From: Alphaproteobacteria bacterium
GTDB taxonomy: Bacteria > Pseudomonadota > Alphaproteobacteria > Micropepsales > Micropepsaceae
DNA: 64,000 nt
Reading direction: 5' to 3'
Assembly: GCA_025361185.1 (NCBI GenBank)
Contig: JANYAR010000031.1
Location: forward strand, 30,197 to 94,196
Below are positions 1 through 10,519 of this stretch, piece by piece. Under the pieces are notes generated by a model. That model did no database searches and was not told the DNA's origin. It saw only the letters and a program-made list of their open reading frames with translations. The position numbers and the translations under genes were made by a program. Position 1 is the first letter of the stretch, and each line of letters opens with the position of its first letter.

Positions 1-2
1 CG

Positions 3-161
3 GCCGAGCTGGTCCGCAATGAATTTGTCGCGCCCTATCTGTTCGAGGTCCGCGAGGTGAACGGCAAGATCAAGCCGGTGAAGGAACGCGAGATCATCCG
101 CGCCGCCGGGCCGACGGTGCATCCCCATACCGGCAAGCAAGCGGGCCAATTTCATGCTTGA
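3..161 (+). CDS. DUF2849-like small protein, 3' part (truncated by window edge)
   Basis: Hand translation AELVRNEFVAPYLFEV...REIIRAAGPTVHPHTGKQA...*; the RxxGPT tail and position just before the sulfite reductase fit this family. Confidence 0.7.
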   Translation, partial: AELVRNEFVAPYLFEVREVNGKIKPVKEREIIRAAGPTVHPHTGKQAGQFHA

Positions 162-169
162 GAAGTTCA

Positions 170-1855
170 ATGCTTAATCCGCTGGTCAAACAAGTCGATC
201 CCAACATGTACCGCTATGACGAGTTCGACGCGCAATTCGTCAGCGAGCGGGTGAACCAGTTCGCCGGCCAGGTGGCGCGGCGGCTGTCGGGCGAATTGAC
301 TGAAGACCAGTTCAAACCCTTGCGCCTGATGAACGGACTGTATTTGCAGCTGCACGCCTACATGCTGCGCATCGCCGTGCCTTACGGTACCTTGTCGTCG
401 CGGCAGATGCGCAAACTCGCCCACATCACCCGCACCTATGACAAGGGCTTCGGCCACTTCACCACTCGCACCAATCTGCAGCTCAACTGGATCAAGCTGG
501 TGGATGTACCCGCCATCCTGCGCGAGCTGGCGGATGTGGAAATGCATTGCATCCAGACATCGGGCAATTGCGTGCGCAATGTCACCGCCGACCAGTTCGC
601 CGGCGCCACCGACGAAGAACTCGAAGATCCGCGCCCGCTGGCCGAGATCATCCGCCAATGGTCGAGCCTGCATCCCGAATTTGTTTTCCTGGCCCGCAAG
701 TTCAAGATCGCGGTGGGCGCCACCGAGCATGACCGCGCCGCGCTGCAGTATCACGACATGGCGGTTCAGATCGTGAAGAACGCCCAAGGAAGGATCGGCT
801 ATAAGGTGATGGCCGGCGGCGGGATGGGCCGCACCCCCTATATCGCCCATGTGATGCACGAGTTCGTCGAGCGCGAGGACATCCTCGCCTATCTGGAAGC
901 AGTGCTGCGCGTCTACAACCAGGACAGCCGCCGCGACAACATCCACAAGCAACGCATCAAGATCCTGATCAACACCATCGGGCCGGAGGAAATGCGCCGC
1001 CGCGTGGCGCGCGAGTTCGAGGAGATCAAGCGCACCGCCACCCTGCAACTGCCGCAGGACGAACTGGACCGCATCACCGCCTATTTCGCGCCGCCCAAAT
1101 TCGAGACCGGCCTGCCCGACACGATTGCGCAAAGCGGTAAGGATTTCGCCAATTGGGTGAAGACCAACATCCATAAACACCGCGCCCCGGGTTATGCCAT
1201 CGCCACCATCACCCTGAAGACGCCGGGCCAGGTGCCGGGCGACGCCACCGCCGACCAAATGGACGTGATCGCCGAACTGATGGACCAGTTCAGCGTCGGC
1301 GAAGTGCGGGTGACGCATGAGCAAAACCTGGTGCTGCCGCATGTCCGCAAGAAGGACCTGCCGGCGATTTACGCCCGGTTGAAGGAACTGGATTTCGCGG
1401 CGCCCAATGCCGGCCTGATCACCGACATCATCGCCTGCCCCGGACTGGATTATTGCGACCTGGCCAATGCGCGTGCGATCCCGATCGCCCAGCGCATCGC
1501 CAAGAAGTTCGAGGATCTCGACCGCCAGCATGACATCGGTGAGCTGAAGATCAAGATTTCCGGCTGCATCAATGCCTGCGGCCACCACCATGCCGGCCAT
1601 ATCGGCATCCTGGGCGTGGACAAGAAAGGCGTGGAATTCTACCAGCTGATCCTGGGCGGCTCCGGCGCGGAAGACGCCAGCATCGGCGAGATCATGGGCC
1701 CCGGTTTCGGCGAGCATGAGATCGCGGATGCGGTGGAGCGGGTGGTGAATGTCTATCTGAAGACGCGTCAGCCCGGCGAGCGGTTCCTGGACACCTATCG
1801 CCGGCTGGGCATGGCGCCGTTCAAGCAAGCCGCATACGAGAAAGAAGCGGCGTGA
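170..1855 (+). CDS. cysI: Nitrite/sulfite reductase hemoprotein (start 170 or 206)
   Basis: MYRYDEFD start, RLMNGLYLQLHAYMLR, TSGNCVRN, siroheme/4Fe-4S cysteines CPGLDYC and GCINAC. Confidence 0.9.
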   Translation: MLNPLVKQVDPNMYRYDEFDAQFVSERVNQFAGQVARRLSGELTEDQFKPLRLMNGLYLQLHAYMLRIAVPYGTLSSRQMRKLAHITRTYDKGFGHFTTRTNLQLNWIKLVDVPAILRELADVEMHCIQTSGNCVRNVTADQFAGATDEELEDPRPLAEIIRQWSSLHPEFVFLARKFKIAVGATEHDRAALQYHDMAVQIVKNAQGRIGYKVMAGGGMGRTPYIAHVMHEFVEREDILAYLEAVLRVYNQDSRRDNIHKQRIKILINTIGPEEMRRRVAREFEEIKRTATLQLPQDELDRITAYFAPPKFETGLPDTIAQSGKDFANWVKTNIHKHRAPGYAIATITLKTPGQVPGDATADQMDVIAELMDQFSVGEVRVTHEQNLVLPHVRKKDLPAIYARLKELDFAAPNAGLITDIIACPGLDYCDLANARAIPIAQRIAKKFEDLDRQHDIGELKIKISGCINACGHHHAGHIGILGVDKKGVEFYQLILGGSGAEDASIGEIMGPGFGEHEIADAVERVVNVYLKTRQPGERFLDTYRRLGMAPFKQAAYEKEAA

Positions 1856-2343
1856 CCAAACTCATAAAAAGTGGCGCCTACGCGCAGGATAGCTTTGCGC
1901 CCGTGACGGACGATGCAGCACTGCCCGAGGGCGCGGTACTGGTGTCGCTGACCCGTTTCCAGAAAGAGCGCGAGGCGCTTTTGGCCCGCAACACGCCGCT
2001 GGGCGTGCGGCTGCAGAGCCACGAAAATCCCGAAACGCTGGGCGCCGACGTCAACCATTTTTCGCTGATCGCGCTGGAATTCCCCAAGTTCCGCGACGGC
2101 CGGGCGTTCAGTTGGGCGCGGATTTTGCGCACGCGTCTGAGCTTTGGCGGCGAAATCCGCGCCGTGGGCGATTTTCTCTACGACCAGGTGAATTACCAGC
2201 ACCGGGTCGGTTTCGACGCCTGGGAAGTGCCGGACAATTTCACCATTGAAATGTTCAACCGCGCTTTGACCGAGATGACCAACGTCTATCAGCCTTCCAC
2301 GGACGGCAAGAAAACCATCCGCGAGCTGCGCGCCGGCGGCTGA
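1852..2343 (+). CDS. DUF934 family protein (sulfite reductase-associated)
   Basis: LEFPKFRDGRAFS, GEIRAVGD and RVGFDA motifs; overlaps the cysI stop (GTGA). Confidence 0.88.
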   Translation: MTKLIKSGAYAQDSFAPVTDDAALPEGAVLVSLTRFQKEREALLARNTPLGVRLQSHENPETLGADVNHFSLIALEFPKFRDGRAFSWARILRTRLSFGGEIRAVGDFLYDQVNYQHRVGFDAWEVPDNFTIEMFNRALTEMTNVYQPSTDGKKTIRELRAGG

Positions 2344-2347
2344 CCGA

Positions 2348-2749
2348 TCAGCGCAGCCATAAAAGTCGCACTATTCCCACGATGACGGCGCCCGATGCCA
2401 ACAGGGAAAGAACCCACGTCATTTCGAAATCGATGCCGTGAAAGGTTTGCGGATGAAGGTTGGCGATCGCCATCAGCGGAACAAGAAGCATAATACAGCC
2501 ACCGAAGAAACTGGCGGCGGCCGAAATTGCCTGCTCCCAGGGCAAACTGTCTATTTTCGCCTGGTAAGCCGCGAAGTGCGCATCGGTTGCGACCTTCCAT
2601 TCCCGCCACATCACAAACGCGATGATCAACAACGCGACCACGAACGAGGGCAAAGCGCCCATCAGGCCGCCCCTCTGAATGCCGTCCCAGACAAGGCCGG
2701 CCACAAGAGACAGCATGAAAATAGCCAGCAGTAACTGGCGTATAAGCAT
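2348..2749 (-). CDS. Hypothetical membrane protein (about 4 TM segments)
   Basis: 133-aa ORF with four hydrophobic stretches filling the gap; no family recognised. Confidence 0.55.
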   Translation of the reverse strand: MLIRQLLLAIFMLSLVAGLVWDGIQRGGLMGALPSFVVALLIIAFVMWREWKVATDAHFAAYQAKIDSLPWEQAISAAASFFGGCIMLLVPLMAIANLHPQTFHGIDFEMTWVLSLLASGAVIVGIVRLLWLR

Positions 2750-2962
2750 GACAAAACCTCACTTTTGCCGACTCGAAACTAACGGCAAAGGCTGAGTGCC
2801 GGGTTAATGCCGCCCTTTGAAAACGAGGGCCCGCCATGGTCCCCATACAGCCAAGCTGAACACAGCATGAATGGCGGAAATTTCATCTGGGTTGATACTT
2901 ATTCAGCAGCGGTGGCGTGCCTGGCCCGTTAGGCTGCACCCGATTTCCAAACGGGATTCCCC

Positions 2963-3625
2963 ATGCGCAAGACCCTTCTTCCCATGGTCGCCTCGCTGGC
3001 CTTGTGCGGCGCGGCGACAGGTGCGTTGGTCGCCACCACAGCCCGCGCCGAACAAAGTGGGCACAGGCCGACGATGATCGCATTGATGGCGCCGGGCGAC
3101 GACGCGGCGGCTGCCCCACTCCGCGCCGAGGCCCCGCCTCCCACGCGGGACGTCATGATGGAGCGGGCGCAAATCTGCAAGGATCTCTACGCCCGCAAAG
3201 CCGGCGAACTGGCTTTCCTGGAGGCCAAGCTGTCGCTGACCGCCAAACAGGCGCCGTTGTTCGCACATTGGAAACAGGCAAGCCTGGACGTCGCCAAGCA
3301 GCGCGAAGGCGCGTGTGCCGCTCCAGAGCGCCGCTTGGGGGCACGCGGACACAGCCCCAGTGTGGTCGACCGGATGACCATGGAAGAAGACCTGTTGAAG
3401 AAGCGTCTTGCCGATATCCAGGCCGAGCGCCCGGCCCTGACGGCTTTCTATGAGTCCCTCACCCCGGCGCAGAAGGAAGAGTTCGGCCAGGGCGACATGC
3501 GGCGCATGGCCGGGCGCATGCGCATGATGCTGGGCATGATGGGCCGGCCGCATCCGGGCATGGGACCCGGACCGACGGAACATGGCCCGATGGGTGAGGC
3601 ACCCCCGCCGCCGCCCGCGCAATAA
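2963..3625 (+). CDS. Spy/CpxP (LTXXQ) family periplasmic protein
   Basis: Signal peptide, KLSLTAKQ and FYESLTPAQK motifs, Met/Pro-rich tail. Confidence 0.8.
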   Translation: MRKTLLPMVASLALCGAATGALVATTARAEQSGHRPTMIALMAPGDDAAAAPLRAEAPPPTRDVMMERAQICKDLYARKAGELAFLEAKLSLTAKQAPLFAHWKQASLDVAKQREGACAAPERRLGARGHSPSVVDRMTMEEDLLKKRLADIQAERPALTAFYESLTPAQKEEFGQGDMRRMAGRMRMMLGMMGRPHPGMGPGPTEHGPMGEAPPPPPAQ

Positions 3626-3737
3626 ACTTCTTAGAATTGTCACAGTAACACCTCCCGCGCGCCGTGCGTGGGGCCCACGAATGCCGGAGGGGAAAACTTC
3701 TTGCACCGAACGCCCCCATGGCTCACAACGCCAAGCC

Positions 3738-4916
3738 ATGAATGCACCAGTGAACCTGCCGGGCCGCTTTGACTCGCTGCCGCGTTTTGCCAGCCCCTTG
3801 AAGGCGATCGAAAGCCTCAAGCCGGTGGAGCCGCTATATCTGGTTCATCCCGACAAGTTTGCCGCCGCCGCCAAACAGTTTCTGGAAGGGTTTCCGGGCG
3901 ACGTTCTTTATGCCGTGAAGGCCAACCCGCATCCGGTGGCGCTGACCAATTTGTGGAATGCCGGCATCCGGCACTTCGACTCCGCCAGCCTGGGCGAGAT
4001 CGAGGCGGTCAAAAGCCTGCTGCCCGACGCGATCTGCCATTTCATGGCGCCGGTGCGCCTGCCCGGTCAGGCCAAGGCGGCGTTCGAGAAATATGGCGTT
4101 ACCGATTTTGTGGTCGACAGCGACGCTGAGCTGGACAAGCTGCTGGCCGAGATCGGCAAACCTGCAAAGCTGCGTGTGTTCGTTCGCCTGGTGGCGCAAC
4201 TGGGCGGGGCGCTGCTGGAAATGTCCAGCAAATATGGCTGCGGGCCCGAGGATGCGGCCAAGCTGTTGAAGCGCGTGGCCACGGCGGGGGTGGCCCCTTG
4301 CCTCACCTTCCATGTCGGCTCGCAATGCCTGTCGCCTTTTTCCTATGCCCAGGCGATCGAAATCGCCCAGCGCACGGTCACGCTTTCGGGCGTGGAGATC
4401 GCGGCGCTTGATGTCGGCGGCGGCTTTCCGGCCGCCTATTCGGGGCAGGAGCCGCCGCCCTATCACTGGTATTTCGATATGATCAAGGAGGCGCTGACCA
4501 CCTTGGGCCGCCCTGGACTGAATGTGATGTGCGAGCCGGGCCGCGCCTTGTGCGCGCCGGGAATTTCGCTGGTGGCGCAGGTGGTGATGCGGCGCGGCGA
4601 CCGGATCTATCTCAATGACGGCATTTACGGCAGCTTCGACGAGCAGCGCTTCATCAGCTTTGACGAGGATTACCCCCCCAGCGGCGTCACTGTCGATGCC
4701 AAGGGTAAGGCCAAATTCCTGTCCGGCGAAAAGCGGCCCTTCCGCGCTTACGGCCCGACCTGCGACTCGGCCGACGTGCTGCCGCGGCCGGTGATGCTGC
4801 CCAACACAATCGCCAATGGCGACTATGTGCTGTTCGACGCCATGGGCGCCTATACCGTGTCGTCGCGTTCCAGCTTCAACGGCTATTATCCGGATAACTG
4901 GGCCGTCATCGCCTAG
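3738..4916 (+). CDS. Ornithine/lysine decarboxylase, PLP fold type III
   Basis: YAVKAN (PLP lysine), FHVGSQ, DVGGGFP, EPGR, GPTCDS. Confidence 0.9.
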   Translation: MNAPVNLPGRFDSLPRFASPLKAIESLKPVEPLYLVHPDKFAAAAKQFLEGFPGDVLYAVKANPHPVALTNLWNAGIRHFDSASLGEIEAVKSLLPDAICHFMAPVRLPGQAKAAFEKYGVTDFVVDSDAELDKLLAEIGKPAKLRVFVRLVAQLGGALLEMSSKYGCGPEDAAKLLKRVATAGVAPCLTFHVGSQCLSPFSYAQAIEIAQRTVTLSGVEIAALDVGGGFPAAYSGQEPPPYHWYFDMIKEALTTLGRPGLNVMCEPGRALCAPGISLVAQVVMRRGDRIYLNDGIYGSFDEQRFISFDEDYPPSGVTVDAKGKAKFLSGEKRPFRAYGPTCDSADVLPRPVMLPNTIANGDYVLFDAMGAYTVSSRSSFNGYYPDNWAVIA

Positions 4917-5026
4917 CCGCTGCCGCGTTAGCAATCGCTTCCGAGCACTGCCAAAAAAACCTTTACCGGAAAAACACGTTTGCCTTTTAACCTCTGCAAG
5001 TGGAGACACTGCTTGGTGAGAGAGCC

Positions 5027-5296
5027 ATGGTCAGCAAGGATTTCCAGCTACAGCTCAAAGGCTACGGCCTAACGACCGTCGAAATCCTCTACCACATGCC
5101 CGACCATCCCAAGCTGCTGCAACAATTCATCTGGCAGGAATACGATCTTGCTCCGCTCTTTCCCGGCCTGAAAAAGTTCCTGGATTTCTGGCAGCGCGAA
5201 CTGGAAGGCGCGCTCCATTCCGTCCGCGTGGCGCATGCCAACCTGATCAAGCCGGCGGAATGGAAGCTGGTGGACGGGCTGTTCCGCCTGAACTGA
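5027..5296 (+). CDS. usg: Usg family protein
   Basis: GYGLTTVEILYHMPDHP..LLQQFIWQEYDLAP..FLDFW..LEGALHSVRVAH signature. Confidence 0.9.
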   Translation: MVSKDFQLQLKGYGLTTVEILYHMPDHPKLLQQFIWQEYDLAPLFPGLKKFLDFWQRELEGALHSVRVAHANLIKPAEWKLVDGLFRLN

Positions 5297-5314
5297 ATTG
5301 GCGTCGCGCGCGGA

Positions 5315-5364
5315 TTTACAAATCGTTAAGGTGCCGCCCGGCGCCCACGCCAACGGAACCTTAA
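5315..5364. promoter_or_regulatory. Two CtrA-like sites upstream of the DUF2336 gene
   Basis: TTTA-CAAATCG-TTAA (5315-5329) and CCAA-CGGAACC-TTAA (5350-5364) versus consensus TTAA-N7-TTAA. Confidence 0.5.
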
Positions 5365-5401
5365 GACTGATGCGCCAGCATATCCTTCAAAGGATATGCC
5401 C

Positions 5402-5959
5402 ATGGCCGCGTCCGAAAAACTTTCGTATCTGCTGCAACTGGCCGACCAGGGGCCGACCCTGCGCGCGGCGCTGGCGGAAGAAGTGGCCGAACTGCTGACC
5501 GACTGGCCGGCCGATTATCCGGAAAACATGCGCGCTGTCTGCGAGGCCCTGCTGGCCAAGGCGGCCCACGACGTAGACGCCGCCACCCGCGCCCGGCTGC
5601 GGGTGAAACTCGCATCCGATCCCGACCTGGCGCAGCGTGTGCTGCCGCGCGAAGGTGTTTCGCAGGCTTTGGTTGCAGCGGCCCGCAATGGCGCAAAACT
5701 GACCACGGTGCTGGCGGAAAGCCTGGGCGTGAACGACGAAGTGGCCCGGCAGATTTTGGACGATGACAGCGGCGCGGCGCTGGCCGTGGCCTGCAAGGGC
5801 GCCCATATCGAGCGCGCCGCGTTTTCGGCGCTGGCCTTGCTGGTGCAACCCCCGCGCGACCGCAGCCATGCCTTTGCCGTGCTGGATGCCTTCGACGCTG
5901 TGCCGGAGAACGAAGCCGCCCGCGTACTGAGCGAGTGGCGCGAGAACAAAGCAGCTTAG
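5402..5959 (+). CDS. DUF2336 family protein (short form)
   Basis: Helical protein with ILDDDSGAALAVACKG and AARVLSEWR; near DUF1491/divJ; ends in -AA. Confidence 0.7.
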   Translation: MAASEKLSYLLQLADQGPTLRAALAEEVAELLTDWPADYPENMRAVCEALLAKAAHDVDAATRARLRVKLASDPDLAQRVLPREGVSQALVAAARNGAKLTTVLAESLGVNDEVARQILDDDSGAALAVACKGAHIERAAFSALALLVQPPRDRSHAFAVLDAFDAVPENEAARVLSEWRENKAA

Positions 5960-6014
5960 CTTTCGGCGGTGAGGACTGGTTCGTGCGCGTGGTCGCAAGA
6001 CCGCGCCGCGGAAA

Positions 6015-7586
<1,572 letters not shown>

Positions 7587-7631
7587 GGGCGCGGGGGTAG
7601 CAAAAGCCCGCCCCCAGGGCAACAGCGGCGG

Positions 7632-8156
7632 CTAGACCTTGGCCCCTATCACGCGTTTCGCCCGGATATACATTTCGATGCTGCGCAAGGTGAACAAGGC
7701 GGCGCTGAAGACGATCAAGGCATCGGAAATCAAAACCGCATCCAGATGCCATGTTGCCGCTTCGGCCTCCACGCCGGCCCGCAGGCCGGTGCGGAACAGG
7801 ATCAGAACCCCCAACACCAGGATAGCCATCTGCCCGCCCGAGACCATCAGGGTACCGTCTTCGGGATGAACCTCGATCGCCATGGTGCGGCCCCAATGCC
7901 AGCCGGCCACCCCACCCAGCCCCGCGGCCAATACCAGGCACATCCAATCCTGTGTCGCCAGATGCCGCGCGACGTGCTGTCCCGGCGGCGGCAGGAACAG
8001 CACAAGACCGGTGGCGACCAAGATCAGGGCCGGGCGAATCCACAACCGCCCCAGCTTTAATGGCTGGGCCTTGGCCGTGCGGCGCATGCGGAAATACAGT
8101 ATCGGCAGGACGATCAGGACCGGCAGAAATAGCTGAAGTGCTTGCTGTTGGTTCAT
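7632..8156 (-). CDS. CcdC/DUF1453-like membrane protein
   Basis: Multi-TM; RMRR...QPLKLGRLWIRP pattern. Confidence 0.6.
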   Translation of the reverse strand: MNQQQALQLFLPVLIVLPILYFRMRRTAKAQPLKLGRLWIRPALILVATGLVLFLPPPGQHVARHLATQDWMCLVLAAGLGGVAGWHWGRTMAIEVHPEDGTLMVSGGQMAILVLGVLILFRTGLRAGVEAEAATWHLDAVLISDALIVFSAALFTLRSIEMYIRAKRVIGAKV

Positions 8157-8194
8157 GTGCCTTTTTGGCCGCTGCTGATGGTTGTGGATGCAGT

Positions 8195-8527
8195 CTAAAC
8201 GATCGGCTCGTCCACAAAGGCGCGCCCCTGCCGGTCCTCGATTTCCACGATCCAAAGATCGGGATCGAATTTCACCTGTTTGTCACACCATTCGGAAGCG
8301 CGCGCCTCCGCCGACCAGCCGCCCAGCGGCTGGGCCCAGACCAGATTGCCCTTGCCGTCACGTGCCTGGTTCAGCACCAGGCAGGTGCCGTCCAGCCGGT
8401 TCACCCGCAGGATGACCGCGCCGGCTTCTTCCGAGCCCATGCGCACGACAAAGGCCGAAGCGCCCGCCACCTCGGCCCGGCGCGTCAGGGCGCGTACAAA
8501 TATTCCGGCTTTGAGGCGAGGCGTCAT
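8195..8527 (-). CDS. DUF1491 family protein
   Basis: RLKAGIFVRALTRR, FDPDLWIVEIED..GR. Confidence 0.9.
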   Translation of the reverse strand: MTPRLKAGIFVRALTRRAEVAGASAFVVRMGSEEAGAVILRVNRLDGTCLVLNQARDGKGNLVWAQPLGGWSAEARASEWCDKQVKFDPDLWIVEIEDRQGRAFVDEPIV

Positions 8528-8539
8528 GCGCCGCTTGTA

Positions 8540-10249
8540 TCAGGACGCCGCGCGGAACGGCAGAACCTTGCCGGTGGAAAGGCGGTCGCCCTTGGCATCC
8601 ACCGCGGCGAAAGGCAGCCGCACCGTGACGGTGGTGCCTTCGCCCAGGGTAGATTCCAGCAAGGCCGTGCCGCCATGCATCTGGGCCAGCGATTTGACCA
8701 GCGCCAGCCCCAGTCCCGTGCCTTCCTTGGCGCGGGTCTGCGCGCTTTCGACCTGCTCGAACGGCTTGCCCAGCCGTTGCAAATCCGCCCCGGAAATCCC
8801 GGTGCCGGTATCGCGGACCACGATCTCGATCCCCGTGCCCCCCGCCCCGGCTGTAACGCCGACATGGCCGCCCGAGGGGGTGTATTTGACACCGTTGGAC
8901 AGAAGATTGACCAGGATCTGCTTGATGGCGCGCCGGTCGGCAAAGATCAGCCGCGCGCCGGGCGCCACCGCAAGGCTCAAACCCACGCCCGCACGCTCCG
9001 CCGGGATATTGAGGAAGTGCACCGCGCTTTGCGCCGTCTCCTCCAGGTCGAACAATTCCTCCACCAGCTCGAACTTCCCGGCCTCGATCTTGGACATGTC
9101 GAGCACAGAGTTGATCAACTCCAGCAGATGCGCGCCCGATTCATGGATCAGGCGGGAATATTCCTGATAGCGCGGCCCCAGCGTGCCGAACATTTCCCGC
9201 GTCATCATTTCCGAAAAGCCGATAATGGCGTTGAGCGGCGTGCGCAATTCGTGACTCATATTGGCGAGGAATTGCGACTTGGCGCGCGAGGCTTCCAGCG
9301 CGGCATCGCGCGCCTCGACCAGCGCGCGCTCATGGGTCTTGCGCTCGGAGATGTCGCGCGTCACCGCCACAATATCGGCGGGTTCGCCCAGGCTGAGCTG
9401 CGCCGGACGGCAGCGGATTTCCGCCCAGACATAATGGCCGCCCTGGTGGCGCAGCCGGACTTCGGCCGCCCCGTCGCGCCCAAAATAGCTGGCGTCCGCC
9501 AGCGCCGCCTGCACCGCATTCAAATCGTCGGGGTGGACGATGTCGGGCATCGCCTGGCCGACGACCTCATCGGGAAAACGTCCCAGCAAAGCCGACGTCG
9601 CGGGGCTGGCAAAGCGGATGCGCCCATCGGAGGAATGGCGGGTAATCAGATCCATCGCATTGTCGGCCAGGAACCGGTACATGGCGGCCCCTTCCGCCGC
9701 CGCCGCATCGGCGGCGCGCTGGCGATCCTGGGCGGCAGCGGCGATCAGCACCGCTTGGACCAGAGCGGCCAGCATCGAGCAGCCGTAAACCTGCCATAGC
9801 GGCAGCATCAGCCGCGACGCGGGCAGTTTGCCCATTGCCTCGATCCCAGCCACCACCACAAGCGACACGCCGGCAGCGATCCCCGCGCGCAACACCGCCG
9901 ACCGGCCACCCGTCAACGCAGCTTCCGCCGGGACCAGGGCAAACCACACCACCAGGGGCGACACCACACCGCCGGTCAGGAGCGCAAGATAGCCAATCAG
10001 GACCGCGAAACTGGCAAGCCCAGCCTGTTCCAAGGCAGAAAGAGAAACCGGCGTCAGCGCCAAAAGCGCCAAAAGACCGGGAATCATCAATCCGGCAAGA
10101 GCCAGGATCTCGGCGGTATCGGGCCGTCCGACCATGCCAAAAAAGGCCAACCCCAGCGCCACGCCGATGCCGGCCTTGGCGGCCTGCAACAGCACAAACC
10201 GGCGCCGCTGCGCCTTGGGATCTGAAAATCTGTCCGTTTTATCCGCCAT
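8540..10249 (-). CDS. divJ: Membrane PAS sensor histidine kinase, DivJ-like
   Basis: N-terminal TM region, PAS (VHPDD), H-box ANMSHELRTPLNAIIGFS, NLLSNGVKYT, GTGLGL; linked to DUF1491. Confidence 0.75.
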   Translation of the reverse strand: MADKTDRFSDPKAQRRRFVLLQAAKAGIGVALGLAFFGMVGRPDTAEILALAGLMIPGLLALLALTPVSLSALEQAGLASFAVLIGYLALLTGGVVSPLVVWFALVPAEAALTGGRSAVLRAGIAAGVSLVVVAGIEAMGKLPASRLMLPLWQVYGCSMLAALVQAVLIAAAAQDRQRAADAAAAEGAAMYRFLADNAMDLITRHSSDGRIRFASPATSALLGRFPDEVVGQAMPDIVHPDDLNAVQAALADASYFGRDGAAEVRLRHQGGHYVWAEIRCRPAQLSLGEPADIVAVTRDISERKTHERALVEARDAALEASRAKSQFLANMSHELRTPLNAIIGFSEMMTREMFGTLGPRYQEYSRLIHESGAHLLELINSVLDMSKIEAGKFELVEELFDLEETAQSAVHFLNIPAERAGVGLSLAVAPGARLIFADRRAIKQILVNLLSNGVKYTPSGGHVGVTAGAGGTGIEIVVRDTGTGISGADLQRLGKPFEQVESAQTRAKEGTGLGLALVKSLAQMHGGTALLESTLGEGTTVTVRLPFAAVDAKGDRLSTGKVLPFRAAS

Positions 10250-10300
10250 GATGCCTTGCCAGGCCGCGCACCAGCCGGCGCCAGTCTCACCCCCTCAGGC

Positions 10301-10405
10301 TTAACGAAAACTGAAGCGTGCGACGACTCGTTCAGTTTTCCACAACGATTGGGGCAGGCCTTGCGCCAGGCGATTCACTTTTCGTTAGGGAAGATGGCGC
10401 GATTC
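10301..10405. promoter_or_regulatory. Divergent promoter with inverted CtrA-like boxes and GANTC sites
   Basis: TTAACGAAAACTGAA (10301-10315) and CTAACGAAAAGTGAA on minus (10374-10388); GANTC at 10325, 10372, 10401. Confidence 0.5.
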
Positions 10406-10519
10406 GGGCCAGACGGCGACACCGCCCTGCTGGTCCGTACACAGTGATTGCCAGAGCCCTAACCAATCGGCAACGCAAATACCCCACACTTCGCCCGCGA
10501 TCAGGCGCAGAGCACAACA

